This document shows positions 20,178 through 30,793 of a DNA stretch of 64,000 nucleotides, in pieces; within the stretch, counting starts at the first letter, position 1; each line of letters starts with the position of its first letter. The notes beneath the pieces are model-generated. The model was given only the letters and a program-made list of their open reading frames with translations. It made no database searches and had not been told where the DNA came from. A program made the position numbers and the translations under genes. This DNA comes from Candidatus Poribacteria bacterium (GTDB taxonomy: Bacteria > Poribacteria > WGA-4E > WGA-3G): NCBI GenBank assembly GCA_965198235.1, contig OZ240248.1, positions 4,800,001 to 4,864,000 on the forward strand. Direction: 5' to 3'.

Positions 20178-21083
20178 ATGGTGGATCTATTTACGGGGGG
20201 AATTGCCCTTGTTGTTCTAATTGTTATCATCGTGTTCTTTTGGTTCGTCCCCGTTGGACTTTGGATTGCCGCTGTTGCAGCGGGAGTCTCTCTCCGAATT
20301 TTCGATTTGATTGGGATGCGCCTCAGACGGGTGAACCCGAATATTATTGTGAAGGGTTTAATCAGTGCCCACAAGGCTGGATTGACGGTAGGGACTGCCG
20401 AATTAGAGGCGCATTACCTTGCTGGTGGTAACGTCCTCAATGTCGTCAGCGCGCTCATCGCTGCAGATAAAGCGAGGATTGAGTTGAATTTTCAACGCTC
20501 TGCTGCTATAGACTTGGCTGGACGTGATGTCTTTGAGGCGGTTCAGGTCAGCGTCAATCCACGGGTGATCACGACCCAGAAAATCAGTGCGCTCGCTTTA
20601 GATGGGGTTGAATTGATAACCACCGTTCGGATTACGGTGCGGACGAACATCAATCGGCTCGTCGGGGGTGCGGGTGAAGAGACGATCATTGCGCGTGTCG
20701 GTGAGGGGATTATCAGCGCAATCGGTGCCTCTGAAACCTATGAAGATGTACTCGAAAATCCGGATATTATCTCGAAAACAGTGCTTGACCGCGGACTTGA
20801 TGCTGGAACCGCTTTTGAAATCCTGTCTATTGATATTGCTGATGTCAACGTTGGCAAAAATATCGGTGCGGAACTTCAAGCGGAGCAAGCCGAGGCAGAC
20901 TTGGTCGTAGCACAAGCGAAGGCGGAAGAGCGTCGCGCTATGGCAGTCGCTCGGAAGCAGGAGATGACCGCAAGCGTCCAGGAGATGCGTGCGAAAGTCG
21001 TTGAAGCAGAAGCGCAAGTCCCGCGTTCCTTGGCAAATGCGTTCCGTGAAGGCAACTTGAACGTTAATACGGAGCAACAATAG
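20178..21083 (+). CDS. floA: Flotillin-like protein FloA (YqfA family), copy 1
   Basis: [44 protein letters not shown]. Confidence 0.92.
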   Translation: MVDLFTGGIALVVLIVIIVFFWFVPVGLWIAAVAAGVSLRIFDLIGMRLRRVNPNIIVKGLISAHKAGLTVGTAELEAHYLAGGNVLNVVSALIAADKARIELNFQRSAAIDLAGRDVFEAVQVSVNPRVITTQKISALALDGVELITTVRITVRTNINRLVGGAGEETIIARVGEGIISAIGASETYEDVLENPDIISKTVLDRGLDAGTAFEILSIDIADVNVGKNIGAELQAEQAEADLVVAQAKAEERRAMAVARKQEMTASVQEMRAKVVEAEAQVPRSLANAFREGNLNVNTEQQ

Positions 21084-21087
21084 AATC

Positions 21088-21227
21088 GTTGTCAGTTATC
21101 AGTTGTCAACCGTCAGTTAAAGAACTTTTCTGTAACAATCTTCCCCAGTTTGGAATATTCCAGGAGCGCGGTGAATTGTTACAAAAGTGCCTCTTAACCG
21201 ACTCCTGACGACTGATAACCGATAACT
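21088..21227. repeat. Heptamer-flanked palindromic miniature element
   Basis: (TCAGTTA)n-AAGA...GTAACAA/TTGTTAC...CTCTTAAC-(CTGATAA)n. Relatives at about 35075-35236, 36886-37130, 39314-39434 and 44932-45060. Confidence 0.75.
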
Positions 21228-21255
21228 ATTTTGATAGTTTAAAAAACAATGGAGA

Positions 21256-22296
21256 ATGGTAAATATGGCACCAACAATGGTCGCAATTATTGCTGTCCTG
21301 CTTATCCTGTTCATAATTATTATCAGTTGGCTCGTTCCAATTGGTCTATGGATTACTGCTATTGCGGCAGGTGTGAAGGTTGGGATTTTTGATCTCGTTG
21401 CAATGCGTTTGCGGCGTGTTCCACCTTCTGGGATTGTAGAACCCCAGATCAACGCAACGAAGGCAGGCTTAAGTCTATCCCTTGACGATCTGGAGGCACA
21501 TTTCCTTGCCGGTGGACGCGTTGCGAGTGTCGTATCGGCACTGATTGCCGCGGATAAAGCCAACATAGATCTCGGTTTCGCCCAAGCTGCTGCGATTGAC
21601 CTTGCAGGTCGCGATGTCTTGCAAGCCGTCCAGGTCAGCGTTACACCTGAGATTATTGACATCCCCAGTAGAAACGAGTCCAGTGGTGGTATCACTGCCG
21701 TTGCCCGCGATGGTATCCAGTTAATCGTGAAGGCGCGTGTTACGGTGAGAGCCGACATTGACCGACTCGTCGGCGGTGCTACGGAGGATACTATCCGTGC
21801 AAGAGTCGGTGAGGGGATTATCACAACGATCGGCTCATCGGGGAGCCACAAGCAAGTCTTAGAGAGCCCGGTTCGCATCTCAGAGACGGTGCTCGCGAGG
21901 GGGTTAGCTGCGGGGACTGCCTTTGAAATTTTGTCTATTGACATCGCCGATATAAATGTTGGTGAGAATGTCGGAGCGAAATTACAGACCGACCAAGCGC
22001 AGGCTGAACTCAAGATAGCACGTGCGAAAGCGGAAGAACGTCGCGCACGCGCAGAAGCGGAAGAGGAAGAGAATAAAGCGTTAGTCGAAGAGATGACCAT
22101 CAAACTGATTGAGGCAGAAGCGGAGGTGCCACTTGCTATCTCGGACACCTTTGATTCCCAACGGATGAGTGTGATGACTTATTACGAACTTCGTAATATC
22201 CTTGCGGATACAGAGATGCGCCAGTCGATCGCTTCACCCGGTGGAACACAAGAGTTAGATACAACCCGTTCTGCACACTCTCTCGGACTTGTATAG
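21256..22296 (+). CDS. floA: Flotillin-like protein FloA, copy 2
   Basis: Same signature motifs as copy 1, plus the C-terminal [16 protein letters not shown]. Confidence 0.92.
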   Translation: MVNMAPTMVAIIAVLLILFIIIISWLVPIGLWITAIAAGVKVGIFDLVAMRLRRVPPSGIVEPQINATKAGLSLSLDDLEAHFLAGGRVASVVSALIAADKANIDLGFAQAAAIDLAGRDVLQAVQVSVTPEIIDIPSRNESSGGITAVARDGIQLIVKARVTVRADIDRLVGGATEDTIRARVGEGIITTIGSSGSHKQVLESPVRISETVLARGLAAGTAFEILSIDIADINVGENVGAKLQTDQAQAELKIARAKAEERRARAEAEEEENKALVEEMTIKLIEAEAEVPLAISDTFDSQRMSVMTYYELRNILADTEMRQSIASPGGTQELDTTRSAHSLGLV

Positions 22297-22359
22297 TCAG
22301 CATTTAGGAAGTCCATAACTCTATGCTTCAGTCCTATAGTATTTATTAAGGAGAAAATA

Positions 22360-22806
22360 ATGGAAAGTATCCTCCAGATGTTGGGACCGCTGATTCTCGT
22401 AATTGTGATATCTATCTTGAGCAGCTCGCGCCGGCGGAAAGCACAGCAACAGAAGGCTGAAAGAGGAAGGGATGAACGTGCGATGTCGGAGAGCGACAAT
22501 GCACCGCCGCCTTTCATGGAAGATTTTCCGTTTGAGACGCAGCAGGAGCAGATGATTTCGCAGCAGGACGAAAAAGAGGTTATGCCGGTTGTTGAGGAGC
22601 CGGCACGTCCTGAATCGGAGAGACCCGATCCGGTTGTTGAGGCATCGCAACCCCAACCGCCTCCAGTGCCTGTGGATTCTCCGACCAGAACGCGGTCTGT
22701 TCCGGCGACATCACTGCTGGATTGGTCGCCGCAAACTTTTCGTCAAGGCATTATTCTTTCGGAAATCCTTGGTCGTCCCAAATCACGCCGAACAAGGCGA
22801 CAGTAA
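22360..22806 (+). CDS. YqfB-like membrane-anchored protein
   Basis: N-terminal TM, Pro/Glu-rich linker, C-terminal RQGIILSEILGRPK; lies directly after floA. Confidence 0.7.
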   Translation: MESILQMLGPLILVIVISILSSSRRRKAQQQKAERGRDERAMSESDNAPPPFMEDFPFETQQEQMISQQDEKEVMPVVEEPARPESERPDPVVEASQPQPPPVPVDSPTRTRSVPATSLLDWSPQTFRQGIILSEILGRPKSRRTRRQ

Positions 22807-22937
22807 CAGGTAAACTCGCTTCGCGAGTACGCTGATCTTAACTCCCAAACGCCTTTTTCGGGGTCCGTTTTTCTTTAATCGCACCTACACACAATCGAAA
22901 TTTGCGTAGAACCTTAGCGAGAAATACCGGATTTCAG

Positions 22938-25088
22938 ATGGCTCGCCTCTTTCACAAAATTTCTGTTCCCCTTTTGATTCTTCTGCTGTTTGCGGGTTGT
23001 TCTCAACGTAGAGCACTTGTGGAACAGCAGGTCTCATTTCACTTTGAGTTTCCCCCTTATACCCGGCATCTCAAAGGGTTCAAAATTTGTCTGGATCCCG
23101 GACACGGCGGACAAGGGCACGTTCTGGATTACAAACGGGGTCCAACAGGCGTTCGCGAGGCTGAAGTTAATCTACGGGCAGCTTTCCATCTACGCGAGAT
23201 GTTACAGAAGGTGGGGGCTACTGTTATTATGACGCGTGTTGATGATTCTTATATGAGTCTGTCGATGCGTAGCCAAATTGCCAATGAAAATGGTGCTGAT
23301 TTCTTTATCTCGCTGCACCATAACGGAATTGATAATCCGAAAGTTAACTATACCTCTACTTGGTATCACGGCGATGCAGACGACTCACGCCAGAGTCTCA
23401 ATCTCGCTCGGTATGTCCAGCAGGGAGTCTCGGACGCGCTGCAGTTGCCCACCTCTCCGGCATCGGGACTTTATTCAGATAAATTAATAACGGCTTCCGG
23501 TTTTGGAGTCTTGCGATTGACCGAATGTCCAGCGGTTTTGTGTGAAGCATCTTTTCTCTCGAACCCAGAAGAAGAAGCGAGGCTGAAAGAGGACGACTAT
23601 CTGAGAAAGGAGGCGTACGGTTATTTTTTGGGTATTGCCCGTTATGTTGAAGGCGGGTTTCCGAAAGGTGTTCTGGTAGAGCCTCAACACGCCTCTGTCA
23701 TCCAAACGAAAACGCCACTCCTCCAAATTCAAGTTATGGATGGACTTCATGAGCGGGGCGCGTGGATGCTCAAACGCCAACAGGTCTTCACTGACTCCAT
23801 CCGTGTCAAGGTTGACAATGCAGATGTCCCCTATCACTACGATCGCGGGACAGATCAGATTACTGTTTCGATTGAGAAACCGTTATTGAATGGCGTGCAT
23901 TTTGTCCAAACCGAATTGGTGAACTATTATGGTAATCACAGTCTACCTTCACCGCAATGGTTTAAGGTGGCACCGCCTGCAGAGGCGTTGGACCTTAATG
24001 CGTGGACAGATATCCTCCCTGCTGATGGGAGAAGTTACGTCGGTATTTCTGTAACTGCACGGGATACTGAGGGAATGTCAATTGCTGACGATGAACCTAT
24101 TTACGCACAAACGTCGAATGGAACACTCGCGGAGGCTCGTCGACTCTCGAAGAACGGATCGGCACAGTTTTATCTATATGCCCCTGATGCGCCGGGTACG
24201 GCGATGGTGGAAACCTCCTATGGACAGGCATGTCAGTCATTGACGATTCACTTCGCGGATATTGATGGCGCGATTGTGCAAGGACAGGTTTCTGATGCAG
24301 ACTCCGGAGAATCGCTCCAAGACGTACAATTACAAACCGATTCCGGATTGACGGCGGCTACGGATGCCGAGGGACACTTTTTCATCACAACCGGTTCCAA
24401 ATTGAAGGATTTCGGCGAAACAGCACTTCACATTTCTAAGAGAGGCTACTATCCGGATAAACGCAGAATTCACATTCGATCGAATCAAGCGACGGTCGTC
24501 GATGTCGGACTTCACCCTATCGCGGATGGTGTGTTTGCATCGACCGTCATTGTTCTCGATTCACAAACGGATACTCCTGAGACACAGAAGCTCATCACAA
24601 CGTTGGAAGAGATGTTGAAATTCGCCGGTGCCAAGGTTTATAACATTCATACCTCTGGGTTAAAAATGTCTGTGGAAAAACGGATAGAGAAGGTTAACGC
24701 TATTAAGGATAGAGGATATTACTTGCAAATTAATCACGCGGAATGGCGTAAGGGGCAACCGACTGTAGTTGCGGCGCACTACCGAGGCAATCAAGGGACA
24801 GAGACGTTTCTAAAGCGGATACTTGAACGGTTCAACAGAACACTTTATGAAACCCCGATTGTCACTGTTCAAGATAGAACGACTCCTGAAATCCAGCAGA
24901 CGAACAAGATGGCGATGACGCTTCTAATCCGATCTTTAGCTCATCCAAACGCTTCTGCCGTGTCGGAAGCTCATGCGATCTTCTTCGGCGCGTGGACTTT
25001 CCTGAAGGGCGATGGGGAGATTGATGCAGAAAAACAGAAACGGTTTATGGTGTACCTAAAAAAGATGCAAGCGTATTCTTCCTATTAG
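22938..25088 (+). CDS. N-acetylmuramoyl-L-alanine amidase (Amidase_3) lipoprotein with Ig-like domains
   Basis: FAGC lipobox; LDPGHGG, REAEVN, FISLHHN, AVLCE. Confidence 0.9.
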   Translation: MARLFHKISVPLLILLLFAGCSQRRALVEQQVSFHFEFPPYTRHLKGFKICLDPGHGGQGHVLDYKRGPTGVREAEVNLRAAFHLREMLQKVGATVIMTRVDDSYMSLSMRSQIANENGADFFISLHHNGIDNPKVNYTSTWYHGDADDSRQSLNLARYVQQGVSDALQLPTSPASGLYSDKLITASGFGVLRLTECPAVLCEASFLSNPEEEARLKEDDYLRKEAYGYFLGIARYVEGGFPKGVLVEPQHASVIQTKTPLLQIQVMDGLHERGAWMLKRQQVFTDSIRVKVDNADVPYHYDRGTDQITVSIEKPLLNGVHFVQTELVNYYGNHSLPSPQWFKVAPPAEALDLNAWTDILPADGRSYVGISVTARDTEGMSIADDEPIYAQTSNGTLAEARRLSKNGSAQFYLYAPDAPGTAMVETSYGQACQSLTIHFADIDGAIVQGQVSDADSGESLQDVQLQTDSGLTAATDAEGHFFITTGSKLKDFGETALHISKRGYYPDKRRIHIRSNQATVVDVGLHPIADGVFASTVIVLDSQTDTPETQKLITTLEEMLKFAGAKVYNIHTSGLKMSVEKRIEKVNAIKDRGYYLQINHAEWRKGQPTVVAAHYRGNQGTETFLKRILERFNRTLYETPIVTVQDRTTPEIQQTNKMAMTLLIRSLAHPNASAVSEAHAIFFGAWTFLKGDGEIDAEKQKRFMVYLKKMQAYSSY

Positions 25089-25187
25089 ATAAAAGCGCGT
25101 AGCTTGGAACGAAGTGGAAAGCGGGTCTACGGAAAGGCGCATCAAAGGAGTAACCTATTTGAACGAACCGCAAGGAAAATTAAAAAA

Positions 25188-26183
25188 ATGGATATTGTCT
25201 CTCAAATCATAGAACTACAGCTCCAGCATCCGTTCAAGATTGCGCGTCGCGCGACAGATGCGTCACGGCAGGTGATTTCTGTAGAGATTGATGGAGGCCT
25301 CGGTGAAACGGCACCGGCTCGGTTTTACGGTGAAACCGTTCAGACGGTGAGTGTAGCGTTGGAAACCATTGCCCCGGCACTTCCCAAAGACCTTGATGCA
25401 ATCCATGATGTGATGGAGGTCGTTGAAGCAACACTCGGTGGCAATTACGCAGCAAAATCCGCCATTGATATGGCACTCCACGATCGACTCGGTAAAAGAC
25501 TTGGTGTTCCGCTCTATCAACTTTGGGGTCTCAATCCGCATAAGACCCCTTGTACATCGTTTACCATTGGACTTGATGAACCTGAGGTGATGGCAGAGAA
25601 GACCCGGCATGCTGAAGCGTATCCGATCCTGAAAGTCAAACTCGGTACACCGCAAGATATTGAGATAATGCAGAAACTTCGCGAGGTCACAGATAAGCCC
25701 ATCTATGTCGATGCGAATACAGCGTGGACACCGAAGGAGGCTGTCCGCAAGATTCGTGAGCTTGCTCGGTATGGTGTAGAATTGGTGGAACAACCGACGA
25801 AACCCAATGATCTGGCGGGACTCAAGTTTGTCCGTGAACACTCAGAACTCCCGATTATTGCGGATGAAAGCGTCAAGCGCGCAAGCGATATTCCGGTTCT
25901 CGCTGAATGTGTTGACGGTATTAATATCAAACTCGTCAAGTGTGGCGGATTGCTTGAGGCATACCGAATGATAAGCGTTGCTCGCGTACACGGTTTACGC
26001 GTTATGTTGGGTTGTATGATAGAGAGTTCACTCGGTATCACCGCCGCGGCGCACCTGACACCACTCGTAGACTATGCCGATCTGGATGGTCATCTGCTCA
26101 TTGCGAACGACCCATACACAGGTGTAAGCCTTGATAAGGGTAAATTGATACTACCAAACCGCCCCGGTATCGGGGTTATGTGA
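25188..26183 (+). CDS. Dipeptide (L-Ala-D/L-Glu) epimerase, enolase superfamily
   Basis: KVKLG, VDAN, EQP, ADES, NIKLVKCGG, DLDG. Confidence 0.9.
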   Translation: MDIVSQIIELQLQHPFKIARRATDASRQVISVEIDGGLGETAPARFYGETVQTVSVALETIAPALPKDLDAIHDVMEVVEATLGGNYAAKSAIDMALHDRLGKRLGVPLYQLWGLNPHKTPCTSFTIGLDEPEVMAEKTRHAEAYPILKVKLGTPQDIEIMQKLREVTDKPIYVDANTAWTPKEAVRKIRELARYGVELVEQPTKPNDLAGLKFVREHSELPIIADESVKRASDIPVLAECVDGINIKLVKCGGLLEAYRMISVARVHGLRVMLGCMIESSLGITAAAHLTPLVDYADLDGHLLIANDPYTGVSLDKGKLILPNRPGIGVM

Positions 26184-26240
26184 AACATTTTCATTCAAAG
26201 TTATACACACAACTATTAAACCAAATGGAGAAAACTAAAA

Positions 26241-26954
26241 ATGACAAAACAGAACCGCAATGTTCTCATCACCGGCGGCACCGGTATATTAGGGAGTGCC
26301 GTCACCAAAGCCTATCTCGCCCAAGGCGACAGTGTTGCTGTCACTTATCTGTTTGAAGACGAGGTTGAACGCTTCAAAGAGTTCAATCCAGACCTCTTTG
26401 AAGATGTCGGCTTCCTCTTTGCGAACGTTACCGAGGAAGCCGAGGTTCAGAAGACCGTTGAGGAATTCTTATCCAAATTTGGTTCGTTGGATGTCTTGGT
26501 GAACATCGTTGGCGGGTTTGTCGGTGGAATTCCAACTGCGAAACTTGAAGAAAGCAGGTGGGACTTCATGATGAATCTTAACCTCAAATCGGTTTTTCTG
26601 TGTTGCAAGACGGTAATACCGCACATGACGGAACGTGGCTCCGGCAAGATTATCAATGTTTCCGCACGCGCTGGATTAAAAGGTGAGGCGGGTTTAAGTG
26701 CTTATTGTGTCTCTAAAGGCGGTGTCCGCACTTTGACCGAGTCGTTGGCTGCTGAGGTGATGGATTCGGGGGTAAATGTCAATGCCATTATGCCGAGCAT
26801 TATGGACACACCCGCTAACCGTGAATCCATGCCAGACGAGGAGCACGACCGGTGGGTAGCTCCTGCCGATGTCGCCAAGGTGATATGCTTCCTGACTTCC
26901 GATGATGCAGCTGTCATCAACGGTGCTGCCATACCCGTTTACGGTAGAGCCTAA
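26241..26954 (+). CDS. Short-chain dehydrogenase/reductase
   Basis: TGGTGILG and YCVSK motifs. Confidence 0.92.
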   Translation: MTKQNRNVLITGGTGILGSAVTKAYLAQGDSVAVTYLFEDEVERFKEFNPDLFEDVGFLFANVTEEAEVQKTVEEFLSKFGSLDVLVNIVGGFVGGIPTAKLEESRWDFMMNLNLKSVFLCCKTVIPHMTERGSGKIINVSARAGLKGEAGLSAYCVSKGGVRTLTESLAAEVMDSGVNVNAIMPSIMDTPANRESMPDEEHDRWVAPADVAKVICFLTSDDAAVINGAAIPVYGRA

Positions 26955-26972
26955 CCCATTGACCTCTTGCAC

Positions 26973-27004
26973 GGGCGGACTACAGTGTCCGCCCATTTTT
27001 TTTT
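26973..27004 (+). terminator. Rho-independent terminator
   Basis: GGGCGGAC-TACAGT-GTCCGCCC followed by A and a 9-T run. Confidence 0.85.
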
Positions 27005-27327
27005 AAAACCGATAAAAGAAAACGCTCCAATCCGACGTTCCCCTATCTGCGTAACCATATCCCTTTTCTATCCACAATACGGGAAGCATTTTGAAAGACA
27101 GCATTGCAACTTTCATCTGGTAGGCGCGCTTTGTAAGCGCACCGATTAACGATGTATCATTAATTGTAAAATCTACTATAATCTTTACGAGCTTAAAGTT
27201 CGCGCATACCTATTTATCCCTTGCGGTCCTGTTCCATTTTGTGCAAGGCCCGAATCCGTTTGCACAATTTCGGGCAGTTTACCGATACACTGCTTCAAAA
27301 TTCGCCTATATTGGGCATTTCCGGGAA

Positions 27328-27343
27328 TGGCACGCAAATTGCT
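27328..27343 (+). promoter_or_regulatory. Sigma54 (-24/-12) promoter
   Basis: TGGCACGCAAATTGCT matches TGGCACG-N4-TTGCW; upstream palindromes at about 27239-27277. Confidence 0.75.
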
Positions 27344-27415
27344 GATACTGTAACAAAAGTTGTGAAATGTAGTGAAACTTTCAATCCATTATAGGGACTT
27401 TTGGAGGTATAAGAA

Positions 27416-29275
27416 ATGCGTATCAAAAGACTTTCAGGTGCACTTGTGGTCTCAGTCGTGTGCCACATCGTTGTTGTTATTATTGCCGGTTTCCATTTGG
27501 TAGCACAAGACCGTCAGTTCAAAGAACTTCTTGGGACAGAATTTGTTTTATTTCCAGAAGTACCGAAACCGAAGGTACGTAAACCGGTTATCGAATCTGT
27601 GATTAAGTGGTCGGACATCCACGCTAATGCACCAAACGTACTACCAAACGCTAAGGACATTATGTTTCAAAGACCCCCTGGGTTAGGAATGATTCAGAAT
27701 GCCGGTGAGGCACGGGACCAACTCGAACCGGTTGTTGAAAACATGGTACTCGGTAATGTTAAAGTACCAGAACGACATCCTCCGAGAGGCGAGGCAGCTC
27801 GCGCCGTTGTCGTGACACGTAAACACCTCGGCAGTAGTGGAGTCCTGCCACCTCAGATGTTGAACCCGCCGAACGGTGCCGCCTATGATGATGTCTTCTT
27901 CAAAGGTTCTGGCACCAATCCGTTCATCGATACAGAAGATGATGCGTTTTCGACGTTTGGCATGGATGTAGATACCGCTTCATATACTGTCACGCGGCGT
28001 TACCTCCGAGATGGCATCCTCCCACCCTCAGAAGCGGTACGCGTTGAAGACTTTGTCAATGCCTTTGATTACAATTACACACCCCCATCGGACGAAGCAT
28101 TCGCCGTCCATCTTGAGGGTGCTCCTTCAAAGTTTGGTGAAGGCAAACGTCTCCAATTACTGCACATCGGCATTCAAGGTCGTATCATTCCAGACACTGA
28201 CCGAAAGAATGCAATACTCACTTTTGTGATTGATGTCTCCGGCTCAATGCGTATGGAAAATCGGTTGGGGTTGGTAAAACGAGCGTTAACCCTTTTGGTC
28301 GGGCAGCTCCGTCCTGAGGACAAGATAGGTATTGTCGTTTACGGTTCCAATGCTCGGGTGATCCTGCCACATACCAGTATTGTCAATCGGGAGCACATCT
28401 TAACCGCAATCCATGCCCTTGCGCCAGAAGGAGCAACGAATGCAGAGGCAGGGCTCCGAATGGGATATAAACTCGCCCTCCAGAATTCAAAGCCCGATTG
28501 CATCAACCGCGTGATTCTGTGTTCCGATGGTGTTGCGAATGTCGGACAAACCGGTTCCGATGGAATTCTCAAAGAGATTCGCACTTATGTTGAGGATGGG
28601 GTAACATTAACAACGGTCGGTTTCGGGATGGGCAATTACAACGATATCCTCATGGAGGAGCTCGCAAACAACGGCAACGGTAGTTATGCCTACGTTGATA
28701 CACTCAGCGAAGCGAAGCGGATCTTTGTAGAGAATCTGACTAGCACACTACAAGTCATTGCGAAAGATGCCAAAATTCAGGTCGAGTTTAACCCGGAAAC
28801 CGTTAGTCGGTTTCGGTTGCTGGGATATGAAAACCGAAGACTCGCGCATGAAGACTTCCGTAATGATGCTGTGGATGCGGGTGAAGTCGGTGCGGGGCAT
28901 AGTGTTACCGCACTTTATGAGATTAAACTTCACGAAAATGCTGTCGGAAAACTCGTCACGGTCTCTATCCGGCATGAAGATCCGGACACAGGACGTGTGA
29001 CGGAGGTGAATGAATCTATCTCCACAGATGCCTTGAAGGGTACATTTGAAGAGACAACATCGGCATTCCAACTGGCTGCTTCTGTTGCGGAGTTCGCCGA
29101 AATCCTGCGAGGCAGCTTCTGGGCACAGGAAGGAAGTTTAGAACTTGTGCGTGAAGCACTTGAAGGTGTCTTGCCGCACATCGATGCGAAAACTCGGGAA
29201 CATAGGGGGAGGAACGAAGAGTTGCTCGGTCTTGTACGTAAAGCACACCGCCTTAAAGAACAACAGGAAGGATAG
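27416..29275 (+). CDS. vWA-domain protein, YfbK family
   Basis: STFGMDVDTASY, MIDAS DVSGS, SDG, RLLGYENR, GHSVTALYE. Confidence 0.88.
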   Translation: MRIKRLSGALVVSVVCHIVVVIIAGFHLVAQDRQFKELLGTEFVLFPEVPKPKVRKPVIESVIKWSDIHANAPNVLPNAKDIMFQRPPGLGMIQNAGEARDQLEPVVENMVLGNVKVPERHPPRGEAARAVVVTRKHLGSSGVLPPQMLNPPNGAAYDDVFFKGSGTNPFIDTEDDAFSTFGMDVDTASYTVTRRYLRDGILPPSEAVRVEDFVNAFDYNYTPPSDEAFAVHLEGAPSKFGEGKRLQLLHIGIQGRIIPDTDRKNAILTFVIDVSGSMRMENRLGLVKRALTLLVGQLRPEDKIGIVVYGSNARVILPHTSIVNREHILTAIHALAPEGATNAEAGLRMGYKLALQNSKPDCINRVILCSDGVANVGQTGSDGILKEIRTYVEDGVTLTTVGFGMGNYNDILMEELANNGNGSYAYVDTLSEAKRIFVENLTSTLQVIAKDAKIQVEFNPETVSRFRLLGYENRRLAHEDFRNDAVDAGEVGAGHSVTALYEIKLHENAVGKLVTVSIRHEDPDTGRVTEVNESISTDALKGTFEETTSAFQLAASVAEFAEILRGSFWAQEGSLELVREALEGVLPHIDAKTREHRGRNEELLGLVRKAHRLKEQQEG

Positions 29276-29354
29276 CATGTTTTGACTGGGCGATTTCAGT
29301 TCTCGCTTTTCCGCAAGCTAAATCGCCCTGTACTACAAAGCCACTCAGTTTTTC

Positions 29355-30791
29355 TTATTGACGAAACGGCTTTTTCAGTTGCGTCTGCACAAGCCACTCT
29401 AAAATTTGCAGGCGTAACGCCGTTTCAACGTCCGCAACTTCAGGTCTACCGGCGAGGTTCTGTCCCTCATTCGGGTCGTTCTGCACATCAAATAGAAGAT
29501 AAACTTCACCCTTCGCGTTGAGTGCTATCTTCCACTCCTGATTTAAGAGCATAATCTCGCCCTCTATCTCCGAAATTGCAAATTCACGATGTGTCGCTTC
29601 AGGTTGCGTTAGCACTGGACACAACGATTTTCCGAATTGACGATGCTCCAATTCACCACCAGCCAATTCAACGAGCGTCGGACCGATGTCAATCCATTCC
29701 ACTGGACTCTCACAAATTGTTCCTGTGGGAGGGGTTTGTAACCCCGATGTGTCGCGCCTTCCTGTGGGAGGGGTTTGTAACCCCGATGTCTTAGGAATTC
29801 GCACGAGTAGCGGCACCCGAACGGCACCGTTGAGGAAGTTACTCTTATAGATAAGTCCATAGTCCCCGTTCATTTCACCGTGGTCGGAGGTGTGGACGAT
29901 GATTGTATTTTCAAGTTCGCCGCGTGCCTCGATTGTGTCAAGAATTTCGCCAATCTGTGCATCGATGAGCGTCACGTTGCCTGCATAATTCGCTCGGAGC
30001 CTCCCTATTTCGCCGGGTTCAAACGTCGGGTTCACCCTCTGCATCAGTCTGTCCAAATATCCTTTGGGACGTTCTCCGGCGGATGGACACCGGATTGCAG
30101 GTGGCATGTCTTCAGGATCGTACATGCTGGCGTAAGGTTCCGGTGTATCCCACGGTTCATGCGGTCCACCGAAACTAACCCAACAACACCAAGGTTCGTC
30201 CCGTTCATAGTTCTGGATGTATTGTTTTGCCTGTTGTCCGACGTAGACATCGGCGTAATCTTCGAGTCCTAACGTTGATGGACGAACGAGATGCGGTTTT
30301 GTGCTGAACCGTTCGCGATAATCGGCGCGATAAGCCTCCCATAATCCTTTTTCTTCCCACTCTGCCGTCATGTGAGACAAGACATTCGCACTTGCCCGCG
30401 GTCCACCGATTTCGTTCACATCGTCCAACCCATAGGCATTCATTAAACCCTCGCGTTCGCGGAGATCGCCGTTGTGCGGGTGGAGGTGCGTTTTACCAAA
30501 AAGACTTGTCCGATATCCAGCATCGCGCACTGCTTGCATCCAAGTCGGTGTTTCGGCAGGCATCTGATGGTTCATGTTGTTCCAGACATCGGTGTTGTGG
30601 GGATACAAACCTGTCGCCAGACTGAGTCGCGTCGGGATACAGACCGGCGATGTGGTGACACAGTTGGTGAATCGGAGACCTTCACTTGCAATCCGATCCA
30701 GATTTGGGGTCTGGACCCAATCGCCACTGCAACCCATTGCGTCCCAACGCTGTTGGTCTGTCATGAGAAAAAGGATGTTCGGAGTTGCCAT
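29355..30791 (-). CDS. Sulfatase (Cys-type) with in-frame REP insertion
   Basis: NILFLMTDQQR, CIPTR (CxPxR), GKTH, SDHGE. Confidence 0.92.
   Translation of the reverse strand: MATPNILFLMTDQQRWDAMGCSGDWVQTPNLDRIASEGLRFTNCVTTSPVCIPTRLSLATGLYPHNTDVWNNMNHQMPAETPTWMQAVRDAGYRTSLFGKTHLHPHNGDLREREGLMNAYGLDDVNEIGGPRASANVLSHMTAEWEEKGLWEAYRADYRERFSTKPHLVRPSTLGLEDYADVYVGQQAKQYIQNYERDEPWCCWVSFGGPHEPWDTPEPYASMYDPEDMPPAIRCPSAGERPKGYLDRLMQRVNPTFEPGEIGRLRANYAGNVTLIDAQIGEILDTIEARGELENTIIVHTSDHGEMNGDYGLIYKSNFLNGAVRVPLLVRIPKTSGLQTPPTGRRDTSGLQTPPTGTICESPVEWIDIGPTLVELAGGELEHRQFGKSLCPVLTQPEATHREFAISEIEGEIMLLNQEWKIALNAKGEVYLLFDVQNDPNEGQNLAGRPEVADVETALRLQILEWLVQTQLKKPFRQ
29721..29789. repeat. Tandem REP-like palindromes (TGTGGGAGGGGTTTGTAACCCCGA) inside the sulfatase
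   Basis: Two copies 39 bp apart; relatives at 12692-12714, 43348-43372 and 54276-54300. Confidence 0.9.
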
Positions 30792-30793
30792 CG

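Noticed and set aside
21117-22148. 343-aa minus-strand ORF
   Set aside because: Antisense shadow of floA copy 2; Ser/Ala-rich with no motifs.
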